A DNA stretch of 64,000 nt from Chitinophagaceae bacterium (GTDB lineage: Bacteria; Bacteroidota; Bacteroidia; Chitinophagales; UBA10324), in contig JADKFU010000005.1 in assembly GCA_016717285.1 (NCBI GenBank), positions 1,031,319 through 1,095,318 of the forward strand, read 5' to 3'. Shown piece after piece: positions 29,151-37,808 of the stretch. The first letter of the stretch is position 1. Each line of letters begins with the position of its first letter. The notes below the pieces were generated by a model. It worked only from the letters and a program-made list of their open reading frames with translations. It did not search any database and had not been told where the DNA came from. Made by a program: the position numbers and the translations under genes.

Positions 29151-29352
29151 GTAAGGAAAAATTTAAGTGCGCAAGTTAAAGGATTTTAAACCGCGTTGTG
29201 CAGTGGATTTGAAATAGTAATCTGCACTTTCCGGATTGCATCCTGCAGCTTGGTTACGAGGTACGAACTTCAATCAATCAGAAATATTAAGAAGGTAGAC
29301 CCGGCACTTAGCATTTTCTGCTGCTTTTAGAATGTTGTAAAAGGCAGCATAA

Positions 29353-29913
29353 ATGTTTAAAAAGGTAACTTTAGGTTTCAGTATGGAAACAGAAGTAAAA
29401 AGGAAAATAGTAACATCGGAAGAATATGAAAAACTTCCGGAAGGATCGCCCTATCAACTTATTAATGGAGAACTTATCATGTCGCCGGCCCCAAAGGATA
29501 ATCACCAGGCAATTCTTATCGAATTAGCAGCAGGTATTTTTTTGCATGTAAAGGAAAAATTGTTGGGTAGTATTCGTACCGCTCCTTATGATGTTCATTT
29601 TGATGAAGAAAATATTTTTCAACCGGATATTATTTTTCTATCCAATGAAAACCTGAAAAATGTGCTTGATGACGGATATTTTCATGGTGTTCCGGAACTG
29701 GTAATAGAAATACTGTCAACCGGAACTGCGAATTATGATTTAACAAAGAAGATGCACGTTTACGAGCATTTTGGCGTAAGGGAATATTTTGTTATTCATC
29801 CTGTTGACAAAGAGGTTCATTGTTACCGGTTACAGGAACACAAATTTAAGGAAGCGTATATTGAATCAGGAATTATAAGGTCTGAAGTACTTCAGGCGGA
29901 ATTTGTTTTTTAA
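29353..29913 (+). CDS. Uma2-family (DUF820) putative endonuclease
   Basis: ...YQLINGELIMSPAPKDNHQAI..., ...FQPDIIF..., ...PELVIEILS... pattern. The start is more likely METEVK at 29383. Confidence 0.8.
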   Translation: MFKKVTLGFSMETEVKRKIVTSEEYEKLPEGSPYQLINGELIMSPAPKDNHQAILIELAAGIFLHVKEKLLGSIRTAPYDVHFDEENIFQPDIIFLSNENLKNVLDDGYFHGVPELVIEILSTGTANYDLTKKMHVYEHFGVREYFVIHPVDKEVHCYRLQEHKFKEAYIESGIIRSEVLQAEFVF

Positions 29914-29978
29914 GTCCTTCGGCTACTCTGCTATTAAATCAGGATTTTCATTTGAAAAATCAAACTTGATGTGAATCA

Positions 29979-30695
29979 TCATTGCCTGATAAACTGAAAG
30001 TACTTGCTCTTCATGTAAAGAACAATATCATATTCCAATCCTGTTTTCAGCATGTATTCAGGAATATCACAATAATCAAGGAACGAACTGATTTCGTCCG
30101 GTTTCAGTGGGATCACATCATTGTCAATATATTTCTGTAAAATTTCCCGTTGCAATTCCCGCTGGTGTACTTTATTCATCAGCTCCGCATAGCCACGTTT
30201 GTCTTTTTCACGGTTGCTGAATTGCTGATAAAGAGCAGTGAACGGACTCTGCAAAACCTGGTAACCGTGCAGTTCATAATCTTTTTTATTGTAACCAAGA
30301 CGCAAGGCATCGCGATGAATGAGTTCAAATTCGCGGTTTGACTGAACTTCAATGTTTGGGAGTTCAATCTGAATCTTGTTGAGGAAGATCGTGATCAGGT
30401 ATTTCTCTTTACTAAGAGAATCTCTGAATGAAATTGTTTTCGAAGAATAACCTGTGGCAACAACAAAAATAGAATCTTCCGGAGCAGTGGTTAATCTGAA
30501 GTAGCCGGCGTTATCACTGAAAAAGCGTTCCTGCGTACGTTTGTTGATGAGTTGCAGATTGATAATGGGGCGTTTGCTGATCGAATCAATTCCCCATCCT
30601 GAAACCTGAATTGTTTTGTCCTGTGCGCATGCGTTGTGCTGAACACAGATGGCTGAAACGATAAGTATAAAAAGAGTGAGCTTCCTTTTGATCAA
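29979..30695 (-). CDS. secreted protein with carboxypeptidase-regulatory-like N-terminal domain
   Basis: Signal peptide followed by an IQVSGWGIDSISKRPI...GYFRL... beta-sandwich-like segment. Confidence 0.55.
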   Translation of the reverse strand: MIKRKLTLFILIVSAICVQHNACAQDKTIQVSGWGIDSISKRPIINLQLINKRTQERFFSDNAGYFRLTTAPEDSIFVVATGYSSKTISFRDSLSKEKYLITIFLNKIQIELPNIEVQSNREFELIHRDALRLGYNKKDYELHGYQVLQSPFTALYQQFSNREKDKRGYAELMNKVHQRELQREILQKYIDNDVIPLKPDEISSFLDYCDIPEYMLKTGLEYDIVLYMKSKYFQFIRQ

Positions 30696-30884
30696 GATAA
30701 AAGTGCATTGGTTGTTATAAACCGAAATAAACGAAAATTATAATAGGGAAGTCTGCTGATAAAAAATTGCATTTGATTTTAGCTGGATTTAGTTTTAGGA
30801 ATTTTTAAAATATTGTGTTGAAACATGGTTGTCTTTTCATTTTTTGTAACACGCCAAATTCATTCATTCATTTTACATTTCACG

Positions 30885-31056
30885 ATAATGTCGCTCCTAC
30901 GGAGCTTTCGGAATTTTGATGATACGATTTCTACCATAATGCCGCTCCTACGGAGCTTTCGGAATTTTGATGATACGATTTCTACCATAATGTCGCTCCT
31001 ACGGAGCTTTCGGAATTTTGATGATCGATTTCTACCATAATGCCGCTCCTACAGAG
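30885..31056. repeat. 51-bp tandem repeat x3.4, each unit containing the small hairpin GCTCC-TAC-GGAGC
   Basis: Unit starts at 30885, 30936, 30987 and 31037. Unit: ATAATGYCGCTCCTACGGAGCTTTCGGAATTTTGATGATACGATTTCTACC. Confidence 0.9.
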
Positions 31057-31057
31057 A

Positions 31058-31143
31058 CACTGACCACTGACCAATTACTAATGACCTATGACCAAGGACC
31101 GGACTAAGGACTAAGGACTAAGGACTAACGACTTACGACTCTC
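31058..31143. repeat. 7-bp-periodic tract ending in GACTAAG x3, GACTAAC, GACTTAC, GACTCTC
   Basis: Read directly: cactgac cactgac ... gactaag gactaag gactaag gactaac. Confidence 0.8.
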
Positions 31144-31149
31144 TCCTCA

Positions 31150-32700
31150 CTACCTCTTATCCACCTCAATCACCATCGCCACAGCCCCATCTTTCACATT
31201 GTTCAAAGTAAAACTGATATTCTCTCCGGGATTGAAACTTACCGATTGCAGCAACTGATTTCCCAAAGCTTTTTTTACTTTTTCTTCATACGATCCCGAT
31301 TGCTGACTGATGGCAGTATTCAATTGTTTGTAATCGATAGGTTTTTTAGTAACCACGATGGCCATAAAATCTTTGCTGCCTGCTTCATCTGCCTGCATCG
31401 AGAAATCTTTTGGAAACAAACGTGTGCCGGTGATGCCGCAATAAGGAGAATGCTTAGGTGTGTAAGGAAATAATACATAGCTGGAATTATCCGTCTCTTG
31501 TCCGAAGAGATACGTATAACATTCCAAGGTATTCGTAACCTGGATTTTAAACTTCGTGCCTTTCGCAATAGGTTTTGAAGTGTTGAATAGGATACCACCA
31601 TTATTTCTTAGTGGAATATTTTTCTGTGTGGCATTGTCTATCAATCCAAACTGCACCGACAAATTATTCGAAAGTGGTTTATCAGCGTTGCCCATTGGAT
31701 AAACGCCGTATGCTTCCTTGGTAAAATAAGCGAAGTCCTTATAACGAATCCAGGCAAGACCGTTTTGTCCCCATTCAGTTCCCCAACTGTTCATGAGTTG
31801 GAAAGCGCCTTCATTGCCATATTTAAAATCATCATAACCCACTATGCACATGCAATGACCGCCAAAATTCATCATGTTGTAATCATTGGAAGAAGGCACC
31901 CACACTTCCTGTCCCATCATAGGTTGCATAAAACTTCCGCCCACCATCATGCCTACTACTACAGGAGCACCTTGTGCAAGGTTTTGCTTGATGGCCAGCA
32001 TGTCCACTTCCTGGTTGTCACCACTTTTTGTAAGCCGGTTATAGCCGGTCATTTTAAATTGTGTTGCCGCTTGTTTTTGAGCGGAAGAAGGTTGGTTGGA
32101 ACAGCTCTGTTCATTGTATGGAAACTGTGAAAGCGGAAGCACACCTTGTCCCTGCATTACATCCATGGCCTTTTCAATGTAAGAACCCTGGCAGCCATCG
32201 AGAGAGATTTGATTATACAAATACGAAGGACTGAACGCAACCTGGTTAGGATTCTGACCTGTGCGTTGCGCCTCGAGAATGGTACGTGCTGCATATGCAT
32301 TTCCCCAACCTACACAGGAACCTTGTTCACCCTGGTTCAATCTTTTAGGGCAGTATTTTTCCAGCGTAACTCTTTCGGGCAAAGGATTCTTAACATTATC
32401 TGCCAATGGTTCAAATACTTCCGTTTTATCATACAAGGCAGGATCAAATTCAGCGCCTGTTGAAAGATATTGTGAAGCAGTGTTTGTGCCCGGAGAAAAA
32501 TTTCCACCCAAAAAATAATACGCTGCTCCGGCGATTATCAGCAATACAATGCCTGTCTTTGGATTTTTCCTGAACAATCCGATCAACATCGGAAGAAAGG
32601 CGAGGATGGAAAAACCGCCGCCACCACCCGGACGTCGCCCGCCACCGGGATAATTATCTCTTTGTTGAGGGTTGTCGTCTCCGACCATTCTGATTGGCAT
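31150..32700 (-). CDS. membrane-anchored papain-family (C1) cysteine peptidase with C-terminal DUF4384-like domain
   Basis: Catalytic Cys context QGSCVGWG, His context GGHCMCIVGYDD, and NSWGTEWGQNG. The Gly-rich N-terminus plus one TM helix resembles the N-terminal anchor of YpfJ-type proteins. Confidence 0.85.
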   Translation of the reverse strand: MPIRMVGDDNPQQRDNYPGGGRRPGGGGGFSILAFLPMLIGLFRKNPKTGIVLLIIAGAAYYFLGGNFSPGTNTASQYLSTGAEFDPALYDKTEVFEPLADNVKNPLPERVTLEKYCPKRLNQGEQGSCVGWGNAYAARTILEAQRTGQNPNQVAFSPSYLYNQISLDGCQGSYIEKAMDVMQGQGVLPLSQFPYNEQSCSNQPSSAQKQAATQFKMTGYNRLTKSGDNQEVDMLAIKQNLAQGAPVVVGMMVGGSFMQPMMGQEVWVPSSNDYNMMNFGGHCMCIVGYDDFKYGNEGAFQLMNSWGTEWGQNGLAWIRYKDFAYFTKEAYGVYPMGNADKPLSNNLSVQFGLIDNATQKNIPLRNNGGILFNTSKPIAKGTKFKIQVTNTLECYTYLFGQETDNSSYVLFPYTPKHSPYCGITGTRLFPKDFSMQADEAGSKDFMAIVVTKKPIDYKQLNTAISQQSGSYEEKVKKALGNQLLQSVSFNPGENISFTLNNVKDGAVAMVIEVDKR

Positions 32701-32830
32701 AGGTGAGGGAAGGGGTTGAAAAGTTTGAAATGTTTAAGGGTTTGAGAGGGTTTAAGAGTTTGAAGGGTTTAAGAGTTTGAAGGGTCTGAAATGTTTAGTG
32801 GTTGGTAGTGGTTGAAGTTTTTAAGTCCTA
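32701..32830. repeat. C-free (plus strand) low-complexity tract with GGGTTTAAGAGTTTGAA repeats; it forms the G-free leader of the C1 peptidase gene
   Basis: No C occurs on the plus strand from 32701 to about 32784. GGGTTTAAGAGTTTGAA is directly repeated. Confidence 0.8.
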
Positions 32831-32917
32831 TAAGTTTGAGTTATTTGAATCTTTCTCAGTAGGAAAATTATGGCTAATTGAAGATAATCCAAAAAATATA
32901 AAGTTAAAAGTCCGTAA

Positions 32918-33052
32918 TTCTAAGAATCTGTTTTGAAATCAATTAATTTTTTTACAATGCTCTTTGGTTCGGCTTTGCCAGAAGCGCACCCTGAGCGCAG
33001 CCGAAGGGTAAGCGATGTAACAATTATATTTATTGATTTCAAAACAACTTCT
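32918..33052 (+). repeat. MITE-like ~135-bp element, copy 3
   Basis: Near-identical to 19049-19183. Confidence 0.9.
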
Positions 33053-33058
33053 TAACTC

Positions 33059-33385
33059 TCAAAAGTATTTTACAAAAGCAAACCACTTCCTCTTTTTCAA
33101 ATAATTCAAGTCATGATCATTTGCGTACGCCTCTCTTTCGAAAATGATATTGCGGTAAGCCGAATAATGGTCCGGATATTTGAAGCGATTGATAAGATAA
33201 TGTAACAGGTACAAAAAGTAAAATGGAAGAATCAAAAGTTCCAACTGCTGCCGGAGATGAATCAGCTCATGGTTGAGTATGATTGAATCATTTACTAAGT
33301 AGCTATCGCGGAAAAGGATAAATGGAAACAATGCCATGCCGCGGACATGTAATTTTTTTACAATGATGATGAATGGATATTTCAA
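33059..33385 (-). CDS. small membrane protein with HExxH motif (putative metallopeptidase-like)
   Basis: NHELIHLRQQ followed by a hydrophobic helix. Function not established. Confidence 0.45.
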   Translation of the reverse strand: MKYPFIIIVKKLHVRGMALFPFILFRDSYLVNDSIILNHELIHLRQQLELLILPFYFLYLLHYLINRFKYPDHYSAYRNIIFEREAYANDHDLNYLKKRKWFAFVKYF

Positions 33386-33393
33386 CCTGCCGT

Positions 33394-34638
33394 TTATAAT
33401 TCCATCTTAAAAACTATAAGTCCGCTCATCAGCTTTGGTTCAAACCAGGTGGACTTGGGAGGCATCACTTCATTCATATCGGAAATGGCGAAGAGTTGTT
33501 CCATTGTAACCGGGAAAAGTGAAAACGCTACAGTGGCTTTGCCTCTCAATACAGGCTTTTCCAAAGCTTCAAGTCCTTTAATTCCGGGAATAAAATCAAT
33601 GCGCTTATCGATGCGTGGATCTTTAATTCCTAAAACGGGATCGAGCAGGTTGTTTTGCAGGATAGAAACATCCAGCGATTCCACCGCATCATTTGTAAAG
33701 GTGCCTTCACGCGCTTTTAACTTGTACCATTTAAAATTCAGATACATGCCAAACCGGTGAGGCTGCGACGGATCATAAGGTGAACGGTTTGCTTCTTTCA
33801 CCTCAAATTTTTCACTCACTAATTTCAAAAATTCTTTTTCAGTATGACCGTTCAGGTTTTTGATCACGCGGTTGTAGTCGTAGATGCGAAGCTGATTGGA
33901 TGGAAACAGGCAGGTGAGCAGATAGTTGAAATCATTTGATTTCAATTGGTTCAGCTTGTCTGCCATTTGATTTGCATAAATCGCAGCCGCTGCTGCGCGA
34001 TGGTGTCCGTCAGCGATATAAGAGCACGGAACATGCTGATTGAAAAGATCTGTGAGCTCATCAATTGTTTTTACATTGTTCACTACCCATACTTCCTGGC
34101 GCACGCCATATTCATTCACAAAATCATAGGCGGGAAGATGTTCATTGGTGATGAGCGCAATCACCATGTCAATTTCATCAACTGGTGTATATGCAAGAAA
34201 GACAGGATTTGAATTCAGCAAAGTGCTCTGGATGTGCAGCACATTTTCATTTTCTTTATCAGCACGGGTATGTTCATGCTTTTTTATTCTTCCTTCATGA
34301 TAATCTTTGATGTGAAGACAACTGATCAGTCCGGTTTGTGTATGCTCTTGCAAAGACAACCTGTAAACATAAAGGCAGGGTTGTTCGTCGCGCAGCAGGG
34401 TGCCTTCTGCCACCATTTTCTGAAAATAGAGACGCGCGAAATCGAAAAGTTGCTGTTCTGTTTTCGGAGTATCATCCGGAAAATTAATTCGCGGCTTTAC
34501 CACATGCGCAAAAGAATAAGGATTTTTACGTGCTTCTTCTTTCCTGTGCTGATCACTCAGCAGGTTGTTCGGATTCAAAGCTACTTTAGCTGCCAGCTCC
34601 GGGAGCGGCCTGAAACCTTTAAAGGCTTTTATGATCAC
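33394..34638 (-). CDS. DUF1015 domain protein
   Basis: 414 aa with an N-terminus typical of DUF1015. It lies immediately downstream of serA, a linkage I recall as common for this family. Confidence 0.8.
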   Translation of the reverse strand: MIIKAFKGFRPLPELAAKVALNPNNLLSDQHRKEEARKNPYSFAHVVKPRINFPDDTPKTEQQLFDFARLYFQKMVAEGTLLRDEQPCLYVYRLSLQEHTQTGLISCLHIKDYHEGRIKKHEHTRADKENENVLHIQSTLLNSNPVFLAYTPVDEIDMVIALITNEHLPAYDFVNEYGVRQEVWVVNNVKTIDELTDLFNQHVPCSYIADGHHRAAAAAIYANQMADKLNQLKSNDFNYLLTCLFPSNQLRIYDYNRVIKNLNGHTEKEFLKLVSEKFEVKEANRSPYDPSQPHRFGMYLNFKWYKLKAREGTFTNDAVESLDVSILQNNLLDPVLGIKDPRIDKRIDFIPGIKGLEALEKPVLRGKATVAFSLFPVTMEQLFAISDMNEVMPPKSTWFEPKLMSGLIVFKMEL

Positions 34639-34639
34639 G

Positions 34640-35608
34640 CTATGATGATTTTCCGGATGATTCCCATTGGGAAAAATTCAAAATGATATCCACTACTTCT
34701 TTGCCAATGCGATCTTGTGCTTCCTGAGTGGAAGCACCGATGTGTGGCGTAACAGAAACACGGGGATGTTGCAGCAATGCAATGTTATTGGTTGGCTCTT
34801 CTTCATACACATCTATGCCGGCATAAGCGACTTTCCCTGAATTTAATGCTTCCAGTAATTCCGTTTCTTTAATCGCGCCGCCTCTTGCACAGTTTATGAT
34901 ACCGACACCATTTTTCATCATTGCAAACTCTTCCATTGAAAGCACTTGCGCTGAACCAGCACTGTGAATAGTGATGAAATCGCTGTTGCGAAGCACTTCT
35001 TCTTTGGATGATGGCTTCAACGGAACAGTCACTTTCATATCATTCATCAACTGCAATTCAAGGTTCCAGTCGCGCGGAAATAAATCATAGGCAAGCACCT
35101 TCATGCCACAACCCACCGCAATTTTTGCAGTGGCTTGTCCGATATTTCCAAACCCGATGAAGCCGATGGTTTTTCCTTTCAGTTCACTTCCTTTCGAAAA
35201 TTTTTCTTTGAGTATTTTAAAATTTGTTGCGCCATTCAGGGCCATTTCACGGTTTGATTCGGGAAGAAAACGTACCAGTCCGAATAAATGGGCAAATACA
35301 AGTTCTGCTACAGATTGAGAAGAAGCAAGTGGTGTATTTTTAACGGTGATACCTTTTGATTGCGCATAGTCCACATCAATATTATCGAGCCCTACACCTC
35401 CACGAATGATAAGTTTCATTCTGGTAATTACATCAATCAACGGTTGGCGTACTTTAGTCGCGCTGCGGACAGTGAGTGCATCAAATTCATTAATACGCGC
35501 CGCTAATTCATCTTGTGGAATTTTGGTAGTGTGTACCTCAAAACCTGCTTTTTCAAGTGCTTCTTTTGCCGATGGTTCCATGCCATCGTTGGCAAGAATT
35601 TTAATCAT
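34640..35608 (-). CDS. serA: D-3-phosphoglycerate dehydrogenase (short form, D-2-hydroxyacid dehydrogenase family)
   Basis: NAD-binding GFIGFGNIG, catalytic R/E/H region (...NCARGG...TPHIGAST...), and linkage with serC. Confidence 0.8.
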   Translation of the reverse strand: MIKILANDGMEPSAKEALEKAGFEVHTTKIPQDELAARINEFDALTVRSATKVRQPLIDVITRMKLIIRGGVGLDNIDVDYAQSKGITVKNTPLASSQSVAELVFAHLFGLVRFLPESNREMALNGATNFKILKEKFSKGSELKGKTIGFIGFGNIGQATAKIAVGCGMKVLAYDLFPRDWNLELQLMNDMKVTVPLKPSSKEEVLRNSDFITIHSAGSAQVLSMEEFAMMKNGVGIINCARGGAIKETELLEALNSGKVAYAGIDVYEEEPTNNIALLQHPRVSVTPHIGASTQEAQDRIGKEVVDIILNFSQWESSGKSS

Positions 35609-35694
35609 TCCGTTTCATTTTTCGTCAGTTGCGAAAATAGCCAAAGGATTATGTTTTTTGTATGAAATAATTCTAAAGTCAGAAGACGGAAGCG

Positions 35695-36417
35695 TTATGG
35701 AAGGAGGATATTCCTGAATCCTTTCAATAATTTCTCCAGCTCTTTTTCTTTTTTGATGGAGATATATTTTCCTGCCAGCACGAGCACATTCTCTTTTTTA
35801 AATTGTGAGAAGGTCCTGATGACTTCTTCCAAAGATGCACCAATGATATCAGCATAATCCTGCCTGGATAATTTTACGGCCAGCACTTTAATTCCGTTTC
35901 GTGTTTTGGTACCGTAAATCTCTTGCACGGTAAGCAGTGCATCTGCCAGTTTTTGCTTTACAGTCATCTGCGAAAGTGAGCGGAGTTTATATTCCGCGCG
36001 GCGCAGTTCAGCAGCGTAGAACATCAGCAAGTTGATGGCAAGGGCAGGGTTCTGTTCCAAGGCTCCTAAAAAATCAACTGTTTTAACAAAACAAATAGTG
36101 CAATCTTCCATTGCGCTGGCACTGATAGGATAAATCATAGGATAACCTAATCCACGATGTCCGAGTATATCTCCGCTTTTTGCAAGACGTACAATCTGCG
36201 AACGCTGACCAGGGCCTGTGTTATACACTTTAACTTTTCCGGAATAGATGAAATAGATTCCTGAAACGGGTTCACCTTCTGTAAAAATTACAGTGCCTGA
36301 CTTATAAAGCTGAATCGTTTTATTGACCGCCAGTTTTTCTTTCCATTCACTTATCACAAACCGGTTTACGAAACAATCTTTAGAATCGCAGGTGGTACAA
36401 ATAGGATCGGCTTGCAT
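35695..36417 (-). CDS. Crp/Fnr-family transcription factor with N-terminal Cys cluster (CTTCDSKDC)
   Basis: cNMP-binding-like beta-roll plus a C-terminal HTH (SRQDYADIIGASLEEVIRTFSQF). Cysteines at positions 7, 10 and 15. Confidence 0.8.
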   Translation of the reverse strand: MQADPICTTCDSKDCFVNRFVISEWKEKLAVNKTIQLYKSGTVIFTEGEPVSGIYFIYSGKVKVYNTGPGQRSQIVRLAKSGDILGHRGLGYPMIYPISASAMEDCTICFVKTVDFLGALEQNPALAINLLMFYAAELRRAEYKLRSLSQMTVKQKLADALLTVQEIYGTKTRNGIKVLAVKLSRQDYADIIGASLEEVIRTFSQFKKENVLVLAGKYISIKKEKELEKLLKGFRNILLP

Positions 36418-36452
36418 AAAAAATAAAGTGAAACGATGAACTGGAGCACCAA

Positions 36453-37529
36453 CTACTTTTTCATATGTGTAGCTTCAAACTCCTGCATTATGCTGATAAG
36501 TTTAGCAACGCCTTCATCCGGCATGGCATTATAAATAGATGCCCTGAAACCACCTACTGAACGATGTCCTTTGATGCCGATACATCCATTTTCTTTGGCA
36601 AACTGACCAAAAGTTTCTTCGAGTGATGTATCGGTCATGATCCAGGTCACATTCATCAGCGAACGGTCTTCAGCGGCTACATTGCCTTCAAAAAGGGAGT
36701 TCCTTTCAATTTCCGAATACAGTAATGCTGCCTTAGCCTGGTTGCGTTTTTCCATCACCGCAATACCACCGTTCTCTTTTAACCAGCGAAGTGTAAGCAT
36801 GCATACGTAAAGTGCAAAAGTGCTCGGTGTATTATGCAATGAATTGTCCTTGATATGCGAACGGTAATCGAGCATGGTTGGAATCGGGCGACTTACTTTT
36901 CCAAGCAGACTTTCTTTCATTATCACCAGTGTTGCTCCGGAAGTGCCCAGATTTTTTTGTGCACCGGCATAGATCATGTCAAATTTATTCCAATCCAACA
37001 CCCTTGAAAAAATATCAGAACTCATATCCCCGATCAAAGGAACAGGTGAGTCAGGAATCAATTTCATTTGACTGCCATGAATGGTTTCGTTGGTCGTGAT
37101 ATGAAAATATTTCGAATCGGAAGGAACAGTAAATCCCTTCGGTATGTAAGTGTAATTTTTATCGGAGGAAGAGGCAACCACATTCACATTGCCAAAGAGT
37201 TTTGCTTCTTTAATCGCTTTTTTCGACCAAGAACCAATTTCCATATACGTTGCAGTTTCATTCGTGTCGAGCATATTGAACGGAATGGTACAAAACTGCA
37301 TGGTTGCACCGCCCTGCAAAAAGAGGATTTTATATTCATCTCCAATTCCAGTAAGATCCCGCACTAATTGCTGCGCTTCCTCCAATACGGCCGTAAATTC
37401 TTTGCTACGGTGTGAGATTTCAATAAGTGATAATCCGATATGATCCAGTTCAATAACCGCTTTGGAGGCCTGTTCGAAAACAGATGGAGGGAGAATAGCT
37501 GGTCCTGAATAAAAGTTGTATTTCTTCAT
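36453..37529 (-). CDS. serC: phosphoserine aminotransferase
   Basis: MKKYNFYSGPAILP..., 358 aa, class V aminotransferase pattern. Confidence 0.9.
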   Translation of the reverse strand: MKKYNFYSGPAILPPSVFEQASKAVIELDHIGLSLIEISHRSKEFTAVLEEAQQLVRDLTGIGDEYKILFLQGGATMQFCTIPFNMLDTNETATYMEIGSWSKKAIKEAKLFGNVNVVASSSDKNYTYIPKGFTVPSDSKYFHITTNETIHGSQMKLIPDSPVPLIGDMSSDIFSRVLDWNKFDMIYAGAQKNLGTSGATLVIMKESLLGKVSRPIPTMLDYRSHIKDNSLHNTPSTFALYVCMLTLRWLKENGGIAVMEKRNQAKAALLYSEIERNSLFEGNVAAEDRSLMNVTWIMTDTSLEETFGQFAKENGCIGIKGHRSVGGFRASIYNAMPDEGVAKLISIMQEFEATHMKK

Positions 37530-37808
37530 GCGTAGGTTGTTAAAAGAAGGCGCAAAGCTAAAGAATTTTCGATCTAACAGGAATTGTGAATCAATAATAC
37601 TATTAGAATAAAGCAGGAAGTTGCTGATTTAAAATTTTACAAGTTATCCAACGACTATTCACTGATGAATTTTACAGAATAATATGCAAAATCATCGAAT
37701 GACTGATTTAAATTGAACTACCCTTCGGCAAACTCAGGGCGTTCCATCAAATCAACTTCAACCAATTGAACATCACACCTGACTCAAGAATGATATTTTT
37801 GCCTCACT

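Noticed and set aside
28395-29189. Long plus-strand ORFs (115, 141 and 146 aa) antisense to the trans-sulfuration gene. Similar antisense ORFs lie inside other genes (e.g. 9122..9583, 34234..34686, 57117..57542, 63299..63784).
   Set aside because: They lie wholly within strongly supported genes on the opposite strand and have low-complexity, Cys- and His-rich compositions typical of antisense frames. They resemble no known family.
29151-29352. SAM riboswitch upstream of the trans-sulfuration gene
   Set aside because: No SAM-I core and no SAM-II-like AAAGCU / GAUUU pseudoknot elements are recognisable by eye. Only generic small hairpins are present.
30825-31040. 71-aa ORF with a 17-aa tandem repeat peptide as a real repeat protein
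   Set aside because: The frame is kept open only because the DNA repeat unit is 51 bp. The fourth unit loses a base. There is no start context and the surroundings are non-coding repeats.
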